NCBI GenBank assembly: GCA_965207735.1
Contig: OZ242296.1
Coordinates: forward strand, 2,752,001-2,816,000
DNA from: Candidatus Versatilivorator sp.
GTDB taxonomy: Bacteria > Acidobacteriota > Terriglobia > Versatilivoradales > Versatilivoraceae
DNA length: 64,000 nt
Direction: 5' to 3'
Shown here piece after piece: positions 43,169 through 55,466 of the stretch. How positions within the stretch are numbered: position 1 is the first letter of the stretch; every line of letters begins with the position of its first letter. The notes beneath the pieces are model-generated. The model made no database searches. It was not told the DNA's origin and worked only from the letters and a program-made list of their open reading frames with translations. The position numbers and the translations under genes were made by a program.

Positions 43169-45400
43169 CTATCTGGACAGACGTTGCGTCGTGACGGCCC
43201 GATTCTGAGAATTGCCCTCGACGGCAACGCTACCACCCCCAATATCGATTGTCAATCGAGCCCCGGTGGTGAAACCCCGCTGGTCGTCCACCACTTGAGG
43301 CGGCCCTCCCCACAGGACAACCTTTCCCTCTCGGCCCCGATATTCCGCCCATTCCGAGAACGTTGTGCGGTTCGGCTGAGCCATTCTGACGTTTCCCTCG
43401 GCCAGGGCCCTGTCCACCGATGTCTGCCCCTGTTCCTGGCGGAGAAAGACCTGAAGCCGGTCCGACTGTAGCCTGCCCTGGGGCGTGGTGGTTGCGACCC
43501 CCTCTTCGTACACGATTCTGCGGGCCTGTTCCTCGTAGGTCATCCTTTCGGACCGGACCATTGTCCCCAGGGAGGACTCTTCCTCGCCCGGGCGGTGGAA
43601 CAGGCTGGTCACCCGACCGGTGGCGGTCAGCTTTCCCTCGGGGCGATTCAACCGGATGTCGTGAGCGTAAAGGATCCGGTCCTGCTGCCAGAGCCTGGCG
43701 TTCTTCCAGAAGCGACCGATGCCTTCCCGGGTCTGAAACTCCATGAACTGGGACGAGGCAAAGACGTCGGGCGAGCCGCCGTGGCTGTCCCCCGGAGCGA
43801 AATAGGCGGATCGCACCTCGCCCTCAGCCTTGAGCAGATCCCGGTCCCGATAAAATTCAATCACATCGGCCTCGGTCTCACCCTGGATATCGGTGACCTT
43901 GGGGCGCCCTTCCAGCCTGATGAGAGAGGAGGCGACCCGATGCACCGCCGATTCTGACCAGGCTTGCCTTCCCGGCTCCCGGTAGCGGAAGTCTCCGGTC
44001 TGCCGGATCTCCGATAACCGGTCGTTCTTTTTATCGAAGAGAGCTGTCAGATGATGACTCCTGGTTTCCCGGACGGTTCCCGCGGCCGAAGAGAGTTCCA
44101 GCTTTACCTCCCGGTCGGCGGTGAAGCGCTCCAGACGGTCCGAATCCTTCCCGTAGAACAGGCGCAAGGCGCGGGCCGACAGCTTCCGTTTTTCCTCCCC
44201 GGGTCCGGCGGGGATCTCTTCCAGGGTGCTTGGCCCCACGGCCTCCACCCGGGAGAGGCGGCCGCTTTCCGGGCGGAAGTGAGCGCTTACCCGGGGAGAA
44301 GTGAGAATGCGCCGGGTGATTCCATCGGCAGGTTGGGAGGACTTCCGGGTTCCAGTCCGGGAGGGACTCGGTGTCTGGAATCGGACCCGCGCCTCTCCGA
44401 CGGCCGTAAGCCGCCTCAGGGACTGGGACCGGGGCGGCAGGTCCAGGGTGATTTCCCGGGCAGACAGTTCGCGGAGGGGCCGGGGGGTCAACGGACGAGC
44501 CACGGCCTTTCCCCGGGCGACGACTCGGTCGAGGCCGTCCGGTCCTGACCCGAAGAGGTAGCTTAGGCGGTCGGCCTGGACCTCGATCATCGCATTGGGA
44601 TCCAGCGACCTGGATCGAACCCGGCCCCGGGCTTGAATTTGGCTTAGAGTCCAGGCCGGTGTGGCAAAGACCGCGCGCATTTGAGCCGCTGTCAATTCAG
44701 TGGGCCCCTTTTCCACCCGCACGTTGGAGTGCAACTCCATCTCGGCGCGCTGTTTGTGAAACTTCAGGCTCCCGGCCCGGATCCGCAGGAGATGATCCTC
44801 CTCTTGAACGGGCAGCACCCTCAGGTCTACCTCGGAGGGCAGGGTGATCAGGCCGCTGCGCGGGTCGTAGACCAGCCCCCGGCTGCTCCCGCTGACCCGA
44901 CCCCGTTCGAAGCTCACCGCGGCCTCGCTGACCACCCGATCCAGGCTCCGGGAGTAGGTCATGCGTTCCCCCCTCACGATGGCGGGTATCGATTCGGCGC
45001 CGCCGTCGGGAGTATCCAAGGTGACGACGACGTTCTCGAGAAAGACCACGTCCTGGCTGGCATTGTCCACTTCGCAGCGCAAGCTGGTAATGGTGTCGAA
45101 CCGCCCTTCCCGCTTGCGAAAGACCGTGGCCTTCACCTGCTCGAAACGACTCTTCCCGTCCTTGAGTCCAAGCCGGACATTGGCGTTGACTTCAATGGTG
45201 GTCTTTCCCTGTTCCGAATGGGACACGCTGAACCCTTCGATCAGGTCGGTGGCTCCTTCCGGAAGCGACTCCACTTGCTGAAGAGCCTGGGTTCCGGGGG
45301 TACGGGTGCTCCGATAGTAGCTGACGCAGACAGCCGCGACCACGCTCACCACCACCAACAGCGGAATGATGCGGCCCAGCTTGAGCAGATTTCGTTGCAT
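43169..45400 (-). CDS. LptC/LptA (OstA-like) multi-jellyroll LPS transport protein
   Basis: N-terminal TM anchor; beta-rich repeats; LptA-like C-terminus (AEGNVRM...VVLWGGP...GARLT); directly upstream of lptB. Confidence 0.75.
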   Translation of the reverse strand: MQRNLLKLGRIIPLLVVVSVVAAVCVSYYRSTRTPGTQALQQVESLPEGATDLIEGFSVSHSEQGKTTIEVNANVRLGLKDGKSRFEQVKATVFRKREGRFDTITSLRCEVDNASQDVVFLENVVVTLDTPDGGAESIPAIVRGERMTYSRSLDRVVSEAAVSFERGRVSGSSRGLVYDPRSGLITLPSEVDLRVLPVQEEDHLLRIRAGSLKFHKQRAEMELHSNVRVEKGPTELTAAQMRAVFATPAWTLSQIQARGRVRSRSLDPNAMIEVQADRLSYLFGSGPDGLDRVVARGKAVARPLTPRPLRELSAREITLDLPPRSQSLRRLTAVGEARVRFQTPSPSRTGTRKSSQPADGITRRILTSPRVSAHFRPESGRLSRVEAVGPSTLEEIPAGPGEEKRKLSARALRLFYGKDSDRLERFTADREVKLELSSAAGTVRETRSHHLTALFDKKNDRLSEIRQTGDFRYREPGRQAWSESAVHRVASSLIRLEGRPKVTDIQGETEADVIEFYRDRDLLKAEGEVRSAYFAPGDSHGGSPDVFASSQFMEFQTREGIGRFWKNARLWQQDRILYAHDIRLNRPEGKLTATGRVTSLFHRPGEEESSLGTMVRSERMTYEEQARRIVYEEGVATTTPQGRLQSDRLQVFLRQEQGQTSVDRALAEGNVRMAQPNRTTFSEWAEYRGREGKVVLWGGPPQVVDDQRGFTTGARLTIDIGGGSVAVEGNSQNRAVTTQRLSR

Positions 45401-45415
45401 CGAACGGTTTGTGTC

Positions 45416-47107
45416 CTATTCGTTCCGAACGTCTCGAACCACCAGTTGCAAGGCCCTGAAGCCCGGGTGAAGGTTCTCCGACAGCTCGAAGGCCAGCGAA
45501 ACAGTGCCCCTGGATTCCCTTATGGAAGCCAACCGGTCGGCCATGTTCCATGCCAGGGCATCCATGGCCCTCCCATCCTGCTCTACCCGAAACTTGAGAT
45601 GCCTGCCCTTGAGGATTCGCGGTTCGGCGATGAGTGTCAGTTGACGTGCCACGAACAGCGGAGCGGGATTGTCCTTGCCGAAGGGGGAAAGGCGTTGAAT
45701 CTGACGATAGACCCTGTCACCCAGGTCGGACAAACGAACTTCAGCGTCCACGTTGAGTTGGCGTTCGCCGGGCTTGAAATCGCTGGCCGAGGCGGCGTAT
45801 CGGATGATGCGCCGCCGCAGCTCGGATACATTGGACGCCTGCAACTGGAATCCGGCTGCCTGAGCGTGCCCACCGAACCGGTTCAGCAAGTCGCGGCAGC
45901 TCTCCAGGGCCTGGAGCAAATGGAATCCCGCGGGGGACCGACCCGAGCCCGAGCCAACCCCGTCGATCTTGGAAATGATCAGTGTTGGGCTCTGGAAGCG
46001 CTCGGTAATCTTGCTGGCTACGATTCCCAGCACCCCGATGTGCCAGTTGTCGCCATCGATCACCTTGATCGGGGAGGCTGCCAGATCCGGATCGGAATCG
46101 ATTCGTCGCTCGATTGCCTTCAGGATCTGCTCTTCGGTGACCTGGCGTTCCCGATTCAGGCGATTCATCTCGCCGGCAAGACGCCGGGCTTCTCCCACGT
46201 CCCTGGCCGCAAACAACTCCACGGCCTCCCTGCTGCCTCCCATGCGCCCCACCGCGTTGATCCTGGGAGCCAGGCGGAAGCCCACGTCGGTGCCGGAAAT
46301 CGACCGTCCTTCCAGTCCGGCGGTTTCAATCAACGACCTCAAGCCGGGATTGGCGGGAGACTGGAGACCTTCCAGTCCGAGCTTGGCGAAGACCCGATTT
46401 TCGCCAATGAGCGGAACCACGTCGGCGATGGTGCCGATGGCCACCACCTTGAGGAAAGCGGGGAGGTGCTTTTCGTTGCCGGTCTTCGTGAACAGAGCCT
46501 GAACCAGCTTGAAGGCGATCCCCACCCCGCAAAGGTGCTTGTCCGGATAGGGACAGTCGGAGCGCTTGGGATTGACCACCGCCAAGGCTTTGGGCAGACC
46601 GTTTTCCGGCAGGTGGTGATCGGTGATGACGCAGTCGAGATTGAGAGCACGGGCGCGCTCGACGGCCTCGTAGGCCTTGATGCCGGTGTCTACGGTGACC
46701 ACCAGTTGGACCCCCTCGCGGGCGGCCTTTTCCAGCACCGGAATCTTCATTCCGTAGCCCTCCACCAACCGCTGCGGGATGTGGTAGGAGCACTCCGCGC
46801 CCAACATCTCCAGAGCCTTTCTCAATATGACTACGGCGGTGTTGCCGTCAACGTCGTAGTCGCCGTAAATCAGGATCTTCTGGCGCCGGTCGATGGCCTC
46901 ACGGATGCGGTTGACGGCCAACTCCAGGTCGCACATGAGGAAGGGATCGTGGAGATGGCTGAACTGTGGGTCCAGAAATTTTCTGGCGGGCTCGGTGGTG
47001 AGGAGGCCGCGGTTCAGCAGGAGAGATGCCAGAATGCCCGGGATGTTCAAAGTCCGTGCCAACTCCCTGGCCTGGGTGAGGTCCGGTTGGGCGATCTTCC
47101 ATATCAT
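45416..47107 (-). CDS. recJ: ssDNA exonuclease RecJ
   Basis: YGDYDVDG, TVDTG, TDHH, GTIADVV, PRINAVGR, GSGRS, FGGH. Confidence 0.96.
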   Translation of the reverse strand: MIWKIAQPDLTQARELARTLNIPGILASLLLNRGLLTTEPARKFLDPQFSHLHDPFLMCDLELAVNRIREAIDRRQKILIYGDYDVDGNTAVVILRKALEMLGAECSYHIPQRLVEGYGMKIPVLEKAAREGVQLVVTVDTGIKAYEAVERARALNLDCVITDHHLPENGLPKALAVVNPKRSDCPYPDKHLCGVGIAFKLVQALFTKTGNEKHLPAFLKVVAIGTIADVVPLIGENRVFAKLGLEGLQSPANPGLRSLIETAGLEGRSISGTDVGFRLAPRINAVGRMGGSREAVELFAARDVGEARRLAGEMNRLNRERQVTEEQILKAIERRIDSDPDLAASPIKVIDGDNWHIGVLGIVASKITERFQSPTLIISKIDGVGSGSGRSPAGFHLLQALESCRDLLNRFGGHAQAAGFQLQASNVSELRRRIIRYAASASDFKPGERQLNVDAEVRLSDLGDRVYRQIQRLSPFGKDNPAPLFVARQLTLIAEPRILKGRHLKFRVEQDGRAMDALAWNMADRLASIRESRGTVSLAFELSENLHPGFRALQLVVRDVRNE

Positions 47108-47225
47108 GTTGTTTTCAAAGCCCTCCGCTTGCCCGCATATCTCACCATTTTGATCCACCCGGGGCATTTATTCAACCAGGACGCAACTGATCCTCTGCTA
47201 GGAGTCTGCTGATTTTCACTTACGG

Positions 47226-47351
47226 GACGCCGCGTTGGCCCCCATCCGGCTCGACTACGGGCGGAGCACTCTCGCGACGCCGCGTCTGCCCCCCTCCGGA
47301 TCGACTGCGGGCGGAGCCCTTGTCTCTCCGACTCCCCCTCAAGGGGGGAGT
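47226..47351. repeat. Two 50-bp tandem copies followed by a REP-like hairpin ACTCCCCCTCAAGGGGGGAGT
   Basis: gacgccgcgt..ccc..ccgg.tcgact.cgggcggagc at 47226 and 47276; hairpin 47331-47351. Confidence 0.7.
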
Positions 47352-47612
47352 GATACAGGCCTGCACAAGGCGTCTTGCCCGATTCCCGGGCAGGATGTAA
47401 ACCATGTTTGCGGTTTAAGGAACGCCTGTGCGCCGCTTCGGCAAGAACCACCAATGGACACGAACGAACACAGCATTTGGCCGTGGGAGGCAGCCATTGG
47501 GCAGGCGCTGGCGCTATAATGGCGTTGTCGTGGGGATAGGCCGCAAACGCAGCCCGGTTGACGCAATCGAAAAGACCGGATGATCCGTGTGGCGGCTAAC
47601 GTGAGATGAGTC

Positions 47613-48542
47613 ATGGGCCATCATCATCCACACCGTCCAGGTGAAGTGCGAGCCGGCCGGGGGCCAGCGGCTCTCAGGGCGCTGCGCATCGCCTTTTCGC
47701 TCACCACCGTTTTTCTGGTCATCGAGTTTCTGGGTGGACTCTATACCGGAAGTCTGGCGCTCATCGCCGATTCGGGGCATATGCTGGTGGATTCCGCGGC
47801 CCTGGGCCTGAGCCTGTTTGCAATCTGGTGCGCCGGCCGGCCGGCCACGGCCTCCAAGACCTACGGGTATCACCGGGCAGAGATTCTGGCGGCCCTGCTG
47901 AACGGAATGACCCTGGTGGTGATTTCCCTGGGGATCCTCTACGAGGCCTACCACCGGCTCTTGAATCCCCAGGAGGTCAAGAGCGGATGGATGCTGCTGA
48001 TTGCCTCAGTGGGGTTGGCCGTCAACCTGGCAAGCGCCTATTTCCTGCATGGCTCTCAATCCGCCAGCCTGAACGTTCGCGGCGCCTTCCTGCATGTGGT
48101 CGGAGATGCCTTGAGCTCGATCGGCGCCATCGTGGCAGGCATCCTGATGGCCTACAAACAATGGTACCTCGCCGATCCCCTGGCCAGCATCGTGGTGGCC
48201 GTTTTGATCCTCTACAACGCCTGGCGACTGGTCAGGGACTCTGTCAACATCCTGCTGGAGGCGACTCCCGTACATATCGACCTGGCTGCCGTACAGGAGG
48301 AATTGTGCCGGGTCGAAGGCGTCGAATCGATCCACGATCTCCATGTCTGGACCCTGACGTCGGGGTTCTACGCCATGAGCTGCCATGCAGTGCTGTCCGG
48401 CGGTCAGGGAGGTCACCGGATCCTGGAGAAGCTCAGCGCCATTGTGCGGGATCGGTTTCAGATCGAACACTCCACCATCCAGCTTGAGGAGCGGAGCCTG
48501 GAGCATGAGGAGATGGGATCCTGTCATTCCGTGTTCTACTGA
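47613..48542 (+). CDS. Cation diffusion facilitator (CzcD/ZitB-like)
   Basis: His-rich N-terminus, SLALIADSGHMLVD, TYGYHRAE, HVVGD, HDLHVW. Confidence 0.93.
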   Translation: MGHHHPHRPGEVRAGRGPAALRALRIAFSLTTVFLVIEFLGGLYTGSLALIADSGHMLVDSAALGLSLFAIWCAGRPATASKTYGYHRAEILAALLNGMTLVVISLGILYEAYHRLLNPQEVKSGWMLLIASVGLAVNLASAYFLHGSQSASLNVRGAFLHVVGDALSSIGAIVAGILMAYKQWYLADPLASIVVAVLILYNAWRLVRDSVNILLEATPVHIDLAAVQEELCRVEGVESIHDLHVWTLTSGFYAMSCHAVLSGGQGGHRILEKLSAIVRDRFQIEHSTIQLEERSLEHEEMGSCHSVFY

Positions 48543-48628
48543 GGAGGCCCCAAAAATTCCAGCCTACTTTGTTGACAGACGGCTTCGGCAGACGGACAAT
48601 CAAGGGTTTTGAATTTTCTTTGACTTAA

Positions 48629-51019
48629 ATGACCGTTTCCGACCTGGATGTCCTGGATTTTCAAGACCTGAAGCGGGTCATCGCCGGGTTTGCCGATTGC
48701 CCACTGGGATCCCAACGGTTTGACAGGCTGACCCCCGCCGGGGATTTGGGAGAGGTTCGCAAGCAACTCCGGATGGTGCGCGAGTGTCTGGAGCTGCTTG
48801 AATCGGGTCAACCCTTGAGGTTCGGCGGTGTGGCGGACGTGGGTCCGATTTTCCAAAGGGTCGGTGTGCAAGGCGCCGTCCTGGATCCCGCCGAAATCGG
48901 TCAGGTTCTCGATCTGGCCCAGGTGGCCGGGGCCAGCCGCAAGGCTCTGGAAGCCACCGGCCGCCGAAATCCGGCTCTCTCCGACCTGGCTCGCGCTCAG
49001 GTCGCCGACCTGAGCGGCCTGGTTTCCCAGTTGGCCGGTAAGATCGGTCCCACCGGGGAGGTTGAAGATGGTGCCAGCCCGCGGTTGCGAACCCTGCGAC
49101 GGCAGGTCGCCATCCTGAGAGCCAGGATCTGCCGCTCCCTGGCGGACCTCGTGCGGGGAGGAGAGAAGACCGGCGCCTTGCAGGACGAGGTAGTGACAGT
49201 CCGGAACCAGCGGTTCGTCATCCCGGTGCGCACCGATCGCAAGAGGGTTTTTCCCGGCGTGGTCCACGGCAGCAGTTCCAGCGGCTCGACCCTCTTCATT
49301 GAACCCCTGCAGAGTGTCGAGCTCAACAACCGGTTAATCCGGCTCAAGGAACAGGTCGCCGAAGAGGTGCTTCGGGTCCTTCGGTTGCTGACGGACGCCA
49401 TCCGGCAGCATCTGCCGGAGGTGCAGGCGGCGGCCGGGTTTGTGGGCGTCCTCGATTTCAGCTTTGCCAAGGCTCGCTTCTGCCGGAAGTTCCATTGCGT
49501 CTTTCCCGAGGTCAACACGGACCCTGTTCTTGAGATCGAAAAGGGACGCCACCCGCTGCTGGAGATTCACCTGAAGGAGCAGGGACGGGAGATCGTTCCC
49601 GTTTCCGTGGACCTGGGAGAGAGCAGCCGGGTTTTGGTGATCAGCGGTCCCAATGCCGGCGGGAAGACGGTCGCCCTGAAGACCGTCGGCATGTTGACCC
49701 TGATGGCGCTTTCGGGAATCCCCGTGCCGGCCGCCTCGGCCAGGATTGGCCTGTTCCGGCGGATTTTCGCCGATATCGGCGACCGACAGTCCATGACCGA
49801 CGACCTGAGCACGTTTTCCGCCCATCTCGGAAAGATTCGCAGCATCCTGGAGGAAGCCAGGTCTCCGGCGCTGGTGCTGCTCGACGAGTTGGGCACGGGC
49901 ACCGATCCGGCCGAGGGGGCCGCCCTGGGAACCGCCATCCTGGAAGAACTTCGCTCCCGAGGCGTTGTGACGGTGGTCACCACCCACCTCAACGGGCTCA
50001 AGAGATATGCTCTTCAGACCGAGCGGGTGGTCAATGCCAGTGTTGAGTTCGAGCAAGCCGACCTTCGTCCCACTTACCGGCTGATCCAGGGAATTCCGGG
50101 CAACAGCAGCGGAATCGACATGGCCCGGCAGCTCGGACTTCCGGATGCGGTGGTGGCCCGTGCCCGCGGTCTGGTTTCCGAACCGGAGCGAGAGATCGCC
50201 GGATACGCCCGGGCGCTCGGTCAACAGCTCTCGGCAGCCACCCGGCTTCGAGATCAACTGGAAACGGAACGGGTAGGGTTGAGGGATCGGCGGGCGGAGC
50301 TTGAAAAAAAACAGCGGGACCTGGAAGAATCCAAGAAGGGGGAGATCGCCCGCTGCCGCAAGCAGGCGCGACGGCTCTTCGATCAAGAGGCGTCGAGGCT
50401 ACTGTCGGGGATCCGGGACCGGTTTGAAGAAGCGAGGCTGAGAAGTGAAGTAAGAAGGCATTCCAGGAAGCTGGAAGAGGTCCCGGCCAATGGTTCCGGG
50501 CCGGTTGAAGGAGCCGGGGTGGGGCTTCCGGAGAAAGAGAAGGCTTCCCGGGAGGGGATTCGAGCCGGAGTCCGGGTCAGGGTGGCGCGGCTGGGTTCGA
50601 TCGGAACCATTACGGGATCTCGAGCGGAAGGCTGTTGGGAGGTGGAGGTAGGCGCCTTGAAATGTGTGTTGAAAGGCGAGGAGTTGGAGCCCCTGGAACC
50701 GGACCGGGCCTCGCCCCCGCCTACCGAGGGAGGCTCCCGCGGGGTCTCGGTGCATTTTCATTCCGGAGAATTGCCGTCCAATGAGATCAATCTGGTGGGG
50801 TGCAGGGCGGACGAGGCCATCCGCAAGGCCGACAAGTTTCTGGACAGCGCGCTGCTGGCCTCCCTTTCACCGGTCCGCCTCATTCACGGGAGCGGAATGG
50901 GTGTGTTGCGCCGAGCCATTTCCGAGTGGCTTTCCGACCAATCCCATGTTTCCGAATTTCATCCGGCCGCATCCGATGAAGGAGGAAACGGCGTTACGGT
51001 GGTATCTCTCCATGTGTGA
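48629..51019 (+). CDS. mutS2: Endonuclease MutS2
   Basis: ISGPNAGGKT, DIGDRQS, STFSAH, LDELGTGTDP, TTH, C-terminal Smr (IHGSG). Confidence 0.95.
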   Translation: MTVSDLDVLDFQDLKRVIAGFADCPLGSQRFDRLTPAGDLGEVRKQLRMVRECLELLESGQPLRFGGVADVGPIFQRVGVQGAVLDPAEIGQVLDLAQVAGASRKALEATGRRNPALSDLARAQVADLSGLVSQLAGKIGPTGEVEDGASPRLRTLRRQVAILRARICRSLADLVRGGEKTGALQDEVVTVRNQRFVIPVRTDRKRVFPGVVHGSSSSGSTLFIEPLQSVELNNRLIRLKEQVAEEVLRVLRLLTDAIRQHLPEVQAAAGFVGVLDFSFAKARFCRKFHCVFPEVNTDPVLEIEKGRHPLLEIHLKEQGREIVPVSVDLGESSRVLVISGPNAGGKTVALKTVGMLTLMALSGIPVPAASARIGLFRRIFADIGDRQSMTDDLSTFSAHLGKIRSILEEARSPALVLLDELGTGTDPAEGAALGTAILEELRSRGVVTVVTTHLNGLKRYALQTERVVNASVEFEQADLRPTYRLIQGIPGNSSGIDMARQLGLPDAVVARARGLVSEPEREIAGYARALGQQLSAATRLRDQLETERVGLRDRRAELEKKQRDLEESKKGEIARCRKQARRLFDQEASRLLSGIRDRFEEARLRSEVRRHSRKLEEVPANGSGPVEGAGVGLPEKEKASREGIRAGVRVRVARLGSIGTITGSRAEGCWEVEVGALKCVLKGEELEPLEPDRASPPPTEGGSRGVSVHFHSGELPSNEINLVGCRADEAIRKADKFLDSALLASLSPVRLIHGSGMGVLRRAISEWLSDQSHVSEFHPAASDEGGNGVTVVSLHV

Positions 51020-51049
51020 GCTGAACACCAGGGTTCCGGTGAGGTGAGC

Positions 51050-52792
51050 ATGAGCCCTTCTGGCGATGGGATCGACAGAGTGAAGAGCGCGGCCGACCTG
51101 GTCCAGATTGTTGGAGAACATGTCAAGCTCCGCAAGTCGGGGAGCAATTTCATCGGCCTCTGCCCCTTTCACTCCGAGAAGACGCCATCCTTTCACGTCC
51201 ATGCGGAACGGCAATTCTTTTACTGTTTTGGCTGCCACGCCAAGGGAGACGTGATCCATTTCGTGGAAAGGATGGAGGGGTTGAGTTTCGCGGATGCCCT
51301 TCGATGGTTGGGAGAGAGATACGGCATCCCGCTCGACAACCGGACCCGCTCAACCGACCACAAGGCCGGGGAGCGCCGAATTCTGCTCGAAATTCAGGCC
51401 AAGGCCGGACGCTACTTCCACCGGGGGCTAGCCGCCGGCACCGCCCGGCAGGCTCAACGCTATCTGGAAACTCGGGGTCTGACCTCCGAGAGCCGGGAGC
51501 GCTTTGGCATCGGCTTTGCCCCCAGGCGGTCCGATGGGCTGCTTCAGGAACTGCGGGCCGCGTATTCCCTGGATCAGTTGCGCCTCAGCGGCTTGATTCA
51601 GCGAAGCGAGCGGGATTCCAGCCATTTTGACCGTTTCCGGGGCCGGGTGATGTTTCCCATCTGGAACGAGGCGGGTAAAATCGTGGGTTTTGGGGGCCGG
51701 GCTCTGGGAGAGGAGCAGCCCAAGTACCTGAACTCGCCCGAGACGCCCCTGTACAGCAAGAGCGGGACGCTCTACGCCCTGAACCTGGCTCGGGAATCCA
51801 TCCGAAGGCAGGGCCGAGCCGTTCTGGTCGAGGGATACATGGACTGTATCGCATTGCATCAGGCCGGAATCGGCAATGCAGTCGCCGTCTGCGGCACCAG
51901 TCTGACCGAGGCACAGGTTCGTTTGCTGGGTCGCTTCACCAAGAAAGTGGTGGTGAATTTCGATCCCGACGAAGCCGGCGATTCAGCCACCCTTCGGTCG
52001 CTCGGTCTTCTGCTGGAAGGTGGTTTCGGCGTGCGTGTCCTGGCCCTGCCCGATCGGCTCGATCCCGATGCCTATATTCGCAAGCATGGGGTCGCCGCCT
52101 ACAGGGAATTGCTGGAGCGGGCGCCCACCGACTTCGAGTATCTGCTGGCGCGCGCTCAAGCAAAACATGCGGTGGAAACCATCGAGGGAAAGGTCGGCGC
52201 CATCGAAGAGTTGCTGCCTCATCTGGCCCGTGTCTCCAACCGTATCGAGCGGGAGGAAAAAACTCGGCGGGTGGCAGAGTTTTTCCAGGTGGAGGAAGCC
52301 GACCTCCGGGTGGAATTGCACAAGGCGGCCGGTGGCAACCGCCGGAGGCCGGAGTTGGTTCGCTCTCGACACAAGCCTGCCCTGAGCCCGGCAGAACGGC
52401 AACTGATCAAGGTCATTCTGGACCTCGATCGCGAGGCCGGGGACATCGTGGATCAACTGGACCGGACCCAGGTTCACGTGGGAATGGATTCGGAAGTCGT
52501 CTTTAGCGCCATCGTCGCTCTCTACAGGAAGGATGGGCGAGTCGAGGCGGAGCGGCTGCGGGAGTCGCTGCCCGGGGACCGTGAGCAAAATTGGATCAGC
52601 GAAGCCGTTTTTGAGCAGGGAGATCAGCAACAGGTCGCCGGTTGTCTGGAGTGGCTGGGACGCAGAAAGGTGGAAAGAGAGGTTGCCCGGCTGCAACGGC
52701 AGATCGAACAGGCTGAACGCTCCCGGGACTTTCAACTTGTAGCCAGCCTTCATTCCAAAAAAGCCAGACTCACCTTGTCCGTCGCCGGCTGA
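51050..52792 (+). CDS. dnaG: DNA primase
   Basis: CPFHSEKTPSF, CFGC, KYLNSPET, VEGYMD, DPD TOPRIM. Confidence 0.97.
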   Translation: MSPSGDGIDRVKSAADLVQIVGEHVKLRKSGSNFIGLCPFHSEKTPSFHVHAERQFFYCFGCHAKGDVIHFVERMEGLSFADALRWLGERYGIPLDNRTRSTDHKAGERRILLEIQAKAGRYFHRGLAAGTARQAQRYLETRGLTSESRERFGIGFAPRRSDGLLQELRAAYSLDQLRLSGLIQRSERDSSHFDRFRGRVMFPIWNEAGKIVGFGGRALGEEQPKYLNSPETPLYSKSGTLYALNLARESIRRQGRAVLVEGYMDCIALHQAGIGNAVAVCGTSLTEAQVRLLGRFTKKVVVNFDPDEAGDSATLRSLGLLLEGGFGVRVLALPDRLDPDAYIRKHGVAAYRELLERAPTDFEYLLARAQAKHAVETIEGKVGAIEELLPHLARVSNRIEREEKTRRVAEFFQVEEADLRVELHKAAGGNRRRPELVRSRHKPALSPAERQLIKVILDLDREAGDIVDQLDRTQVHVGMDSEVVFSAIVALYRKDGRVEAERLRESLPGDREQNWISEAVFEQGDQQQVAGCLEWLGRRKVEREVARLQRQIEQAERSRDFQLVASLHSKKARLTLSVAG

Positions 52793-52846
52793 GGGCGCTC
52801 ACGGTTGCCGAGGGCCGCGGGGAGAAGGATGAGAAAAAGGATGGTC

Positions 52847-54589
<1,743 letters not shown>

Positions 54590-54631
54590 ACCGCCGCATT
54601 TCGCCGGTCAACCATCCCTGTGCTCCAGTTT

Positions 54632-54708
54632 GGGCCCATAGCTCAGTTGGTTAGAGCCGCCGGCTCATAACCGGTCGGTCGTAGGTTCGAGTCCTACTGG
54701 GCCCACCA
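54632..54708 (+). tRNA. tRNA with CAT anticodon, probably tRNA-Ile2 (lysidine) rather than Met
   Basis: GGGCCCA/TGGGCCC acceptor stem, TAGCTCAGTTGGTTAGAGC D arm, CTCATAA loop, GTTCGAGTC, encoded CCA; paired 1-72 and position after rpoD as for ileX. Confidence 0.92.
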
Positions 54709-54730
54709 TTCCTTCCTGACAGAATCGTCC

Positions 54731-55444
54731 ATGAATCCAGATATTGAAAAACTTATCGAGCTTCAAGAGCTCGAGATTCGAATCAGGCGTGCCGCCGCCA
54801 GGATCGAGCAGCTTCCACGGGAGATGGCCGCCATGGAGGAACAACTGGAGGCGACCAGGAGCCTGCTGGACCGTCAGGAGGCGACTCTGGGTCGGATTGC
54901 CGTCGAGCGGCGTCAGCTCGAAGGTGAAATACAGATCGTCGAGGAAAAAATTTCCAAGTACCGCTCCCAGCTTTCCGAGGTAAAGACCAACGAGCAATAC
55001 AAGGCGCTGCTGCACGAAATCGACTTTCACGGCGAGCGAATCGGCAAGATGGAGGACGAAATCCTGGTCAATATGGAAAAGGAGGAAGGCCTGCGGGAGG
55101 AACGCCTGCTGTTGGAGCAGCAGCTTCAGAAGGAGAGCGCTCGGGTCGATCGGGAAAAGCAGGTGGTGCAAAATGAGATCGAGGAAACCAGGATGGAGCT
55201 GGACCGCCGGCAAAGGGAGGCCGACGCCTTGATTGCCCTGGTTACACCGGAGGTCTATGAAACCTATCGCAAGATCGCCGCGGTGCGTAAGGGTGTGGCT
55301 CTGGCTGGAGCCGGGGAAAACTGCCGGGGCTGTCACGTGCGGATCCGCCCCAGTGTGCTCGGTCAGGTCATGGGTGGGAAGCAGATCGTTCACTGCGACA
55401 GCTGCGACCGCTTCCTGTACTGGGAACCGGACGCAGCCACTTGA
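54731..55444 (+). CDS. Coiled-coil protein with C4 zinc ribbon (DUF164-like)
   Basis: Long coiled coil, CRGCH...CDSCDRFLY. Confidence 0.88.
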   Translation: MNPDIEKLIELQELEIRIRRAAARIEQLPREMAAMEEQLEATRSLLDRQEATLGRIAVERRQLEGEIQIVEEKISKYRSQLSEVKTNEQYKALLHEIDFHGERIGKMEDEILVNMEKEEGLREERLLLEQQLQKESARVDREKQVVQNEIEETRMELDRRQREADALIALVTPEVYETYRKIAAVRKGVALAGAGENCRGCHVRIRPSVLGQVMGGKQIVHCDSCDRFLYWEPDAAT

Positions 55445-55466
55445 TTTGGATAGAGGAGGAGAGCGG

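Noticed and set aside
40608-47212. 625-aa and 843-aa ORFs on +
   Set aside because: Antisense to rpoN, the LptC/A-like gene and recJ
54632-54708. tRNA as an island integration site
   Set aside because: No duplicated 3' end seen; the downstream genes are housekeeping
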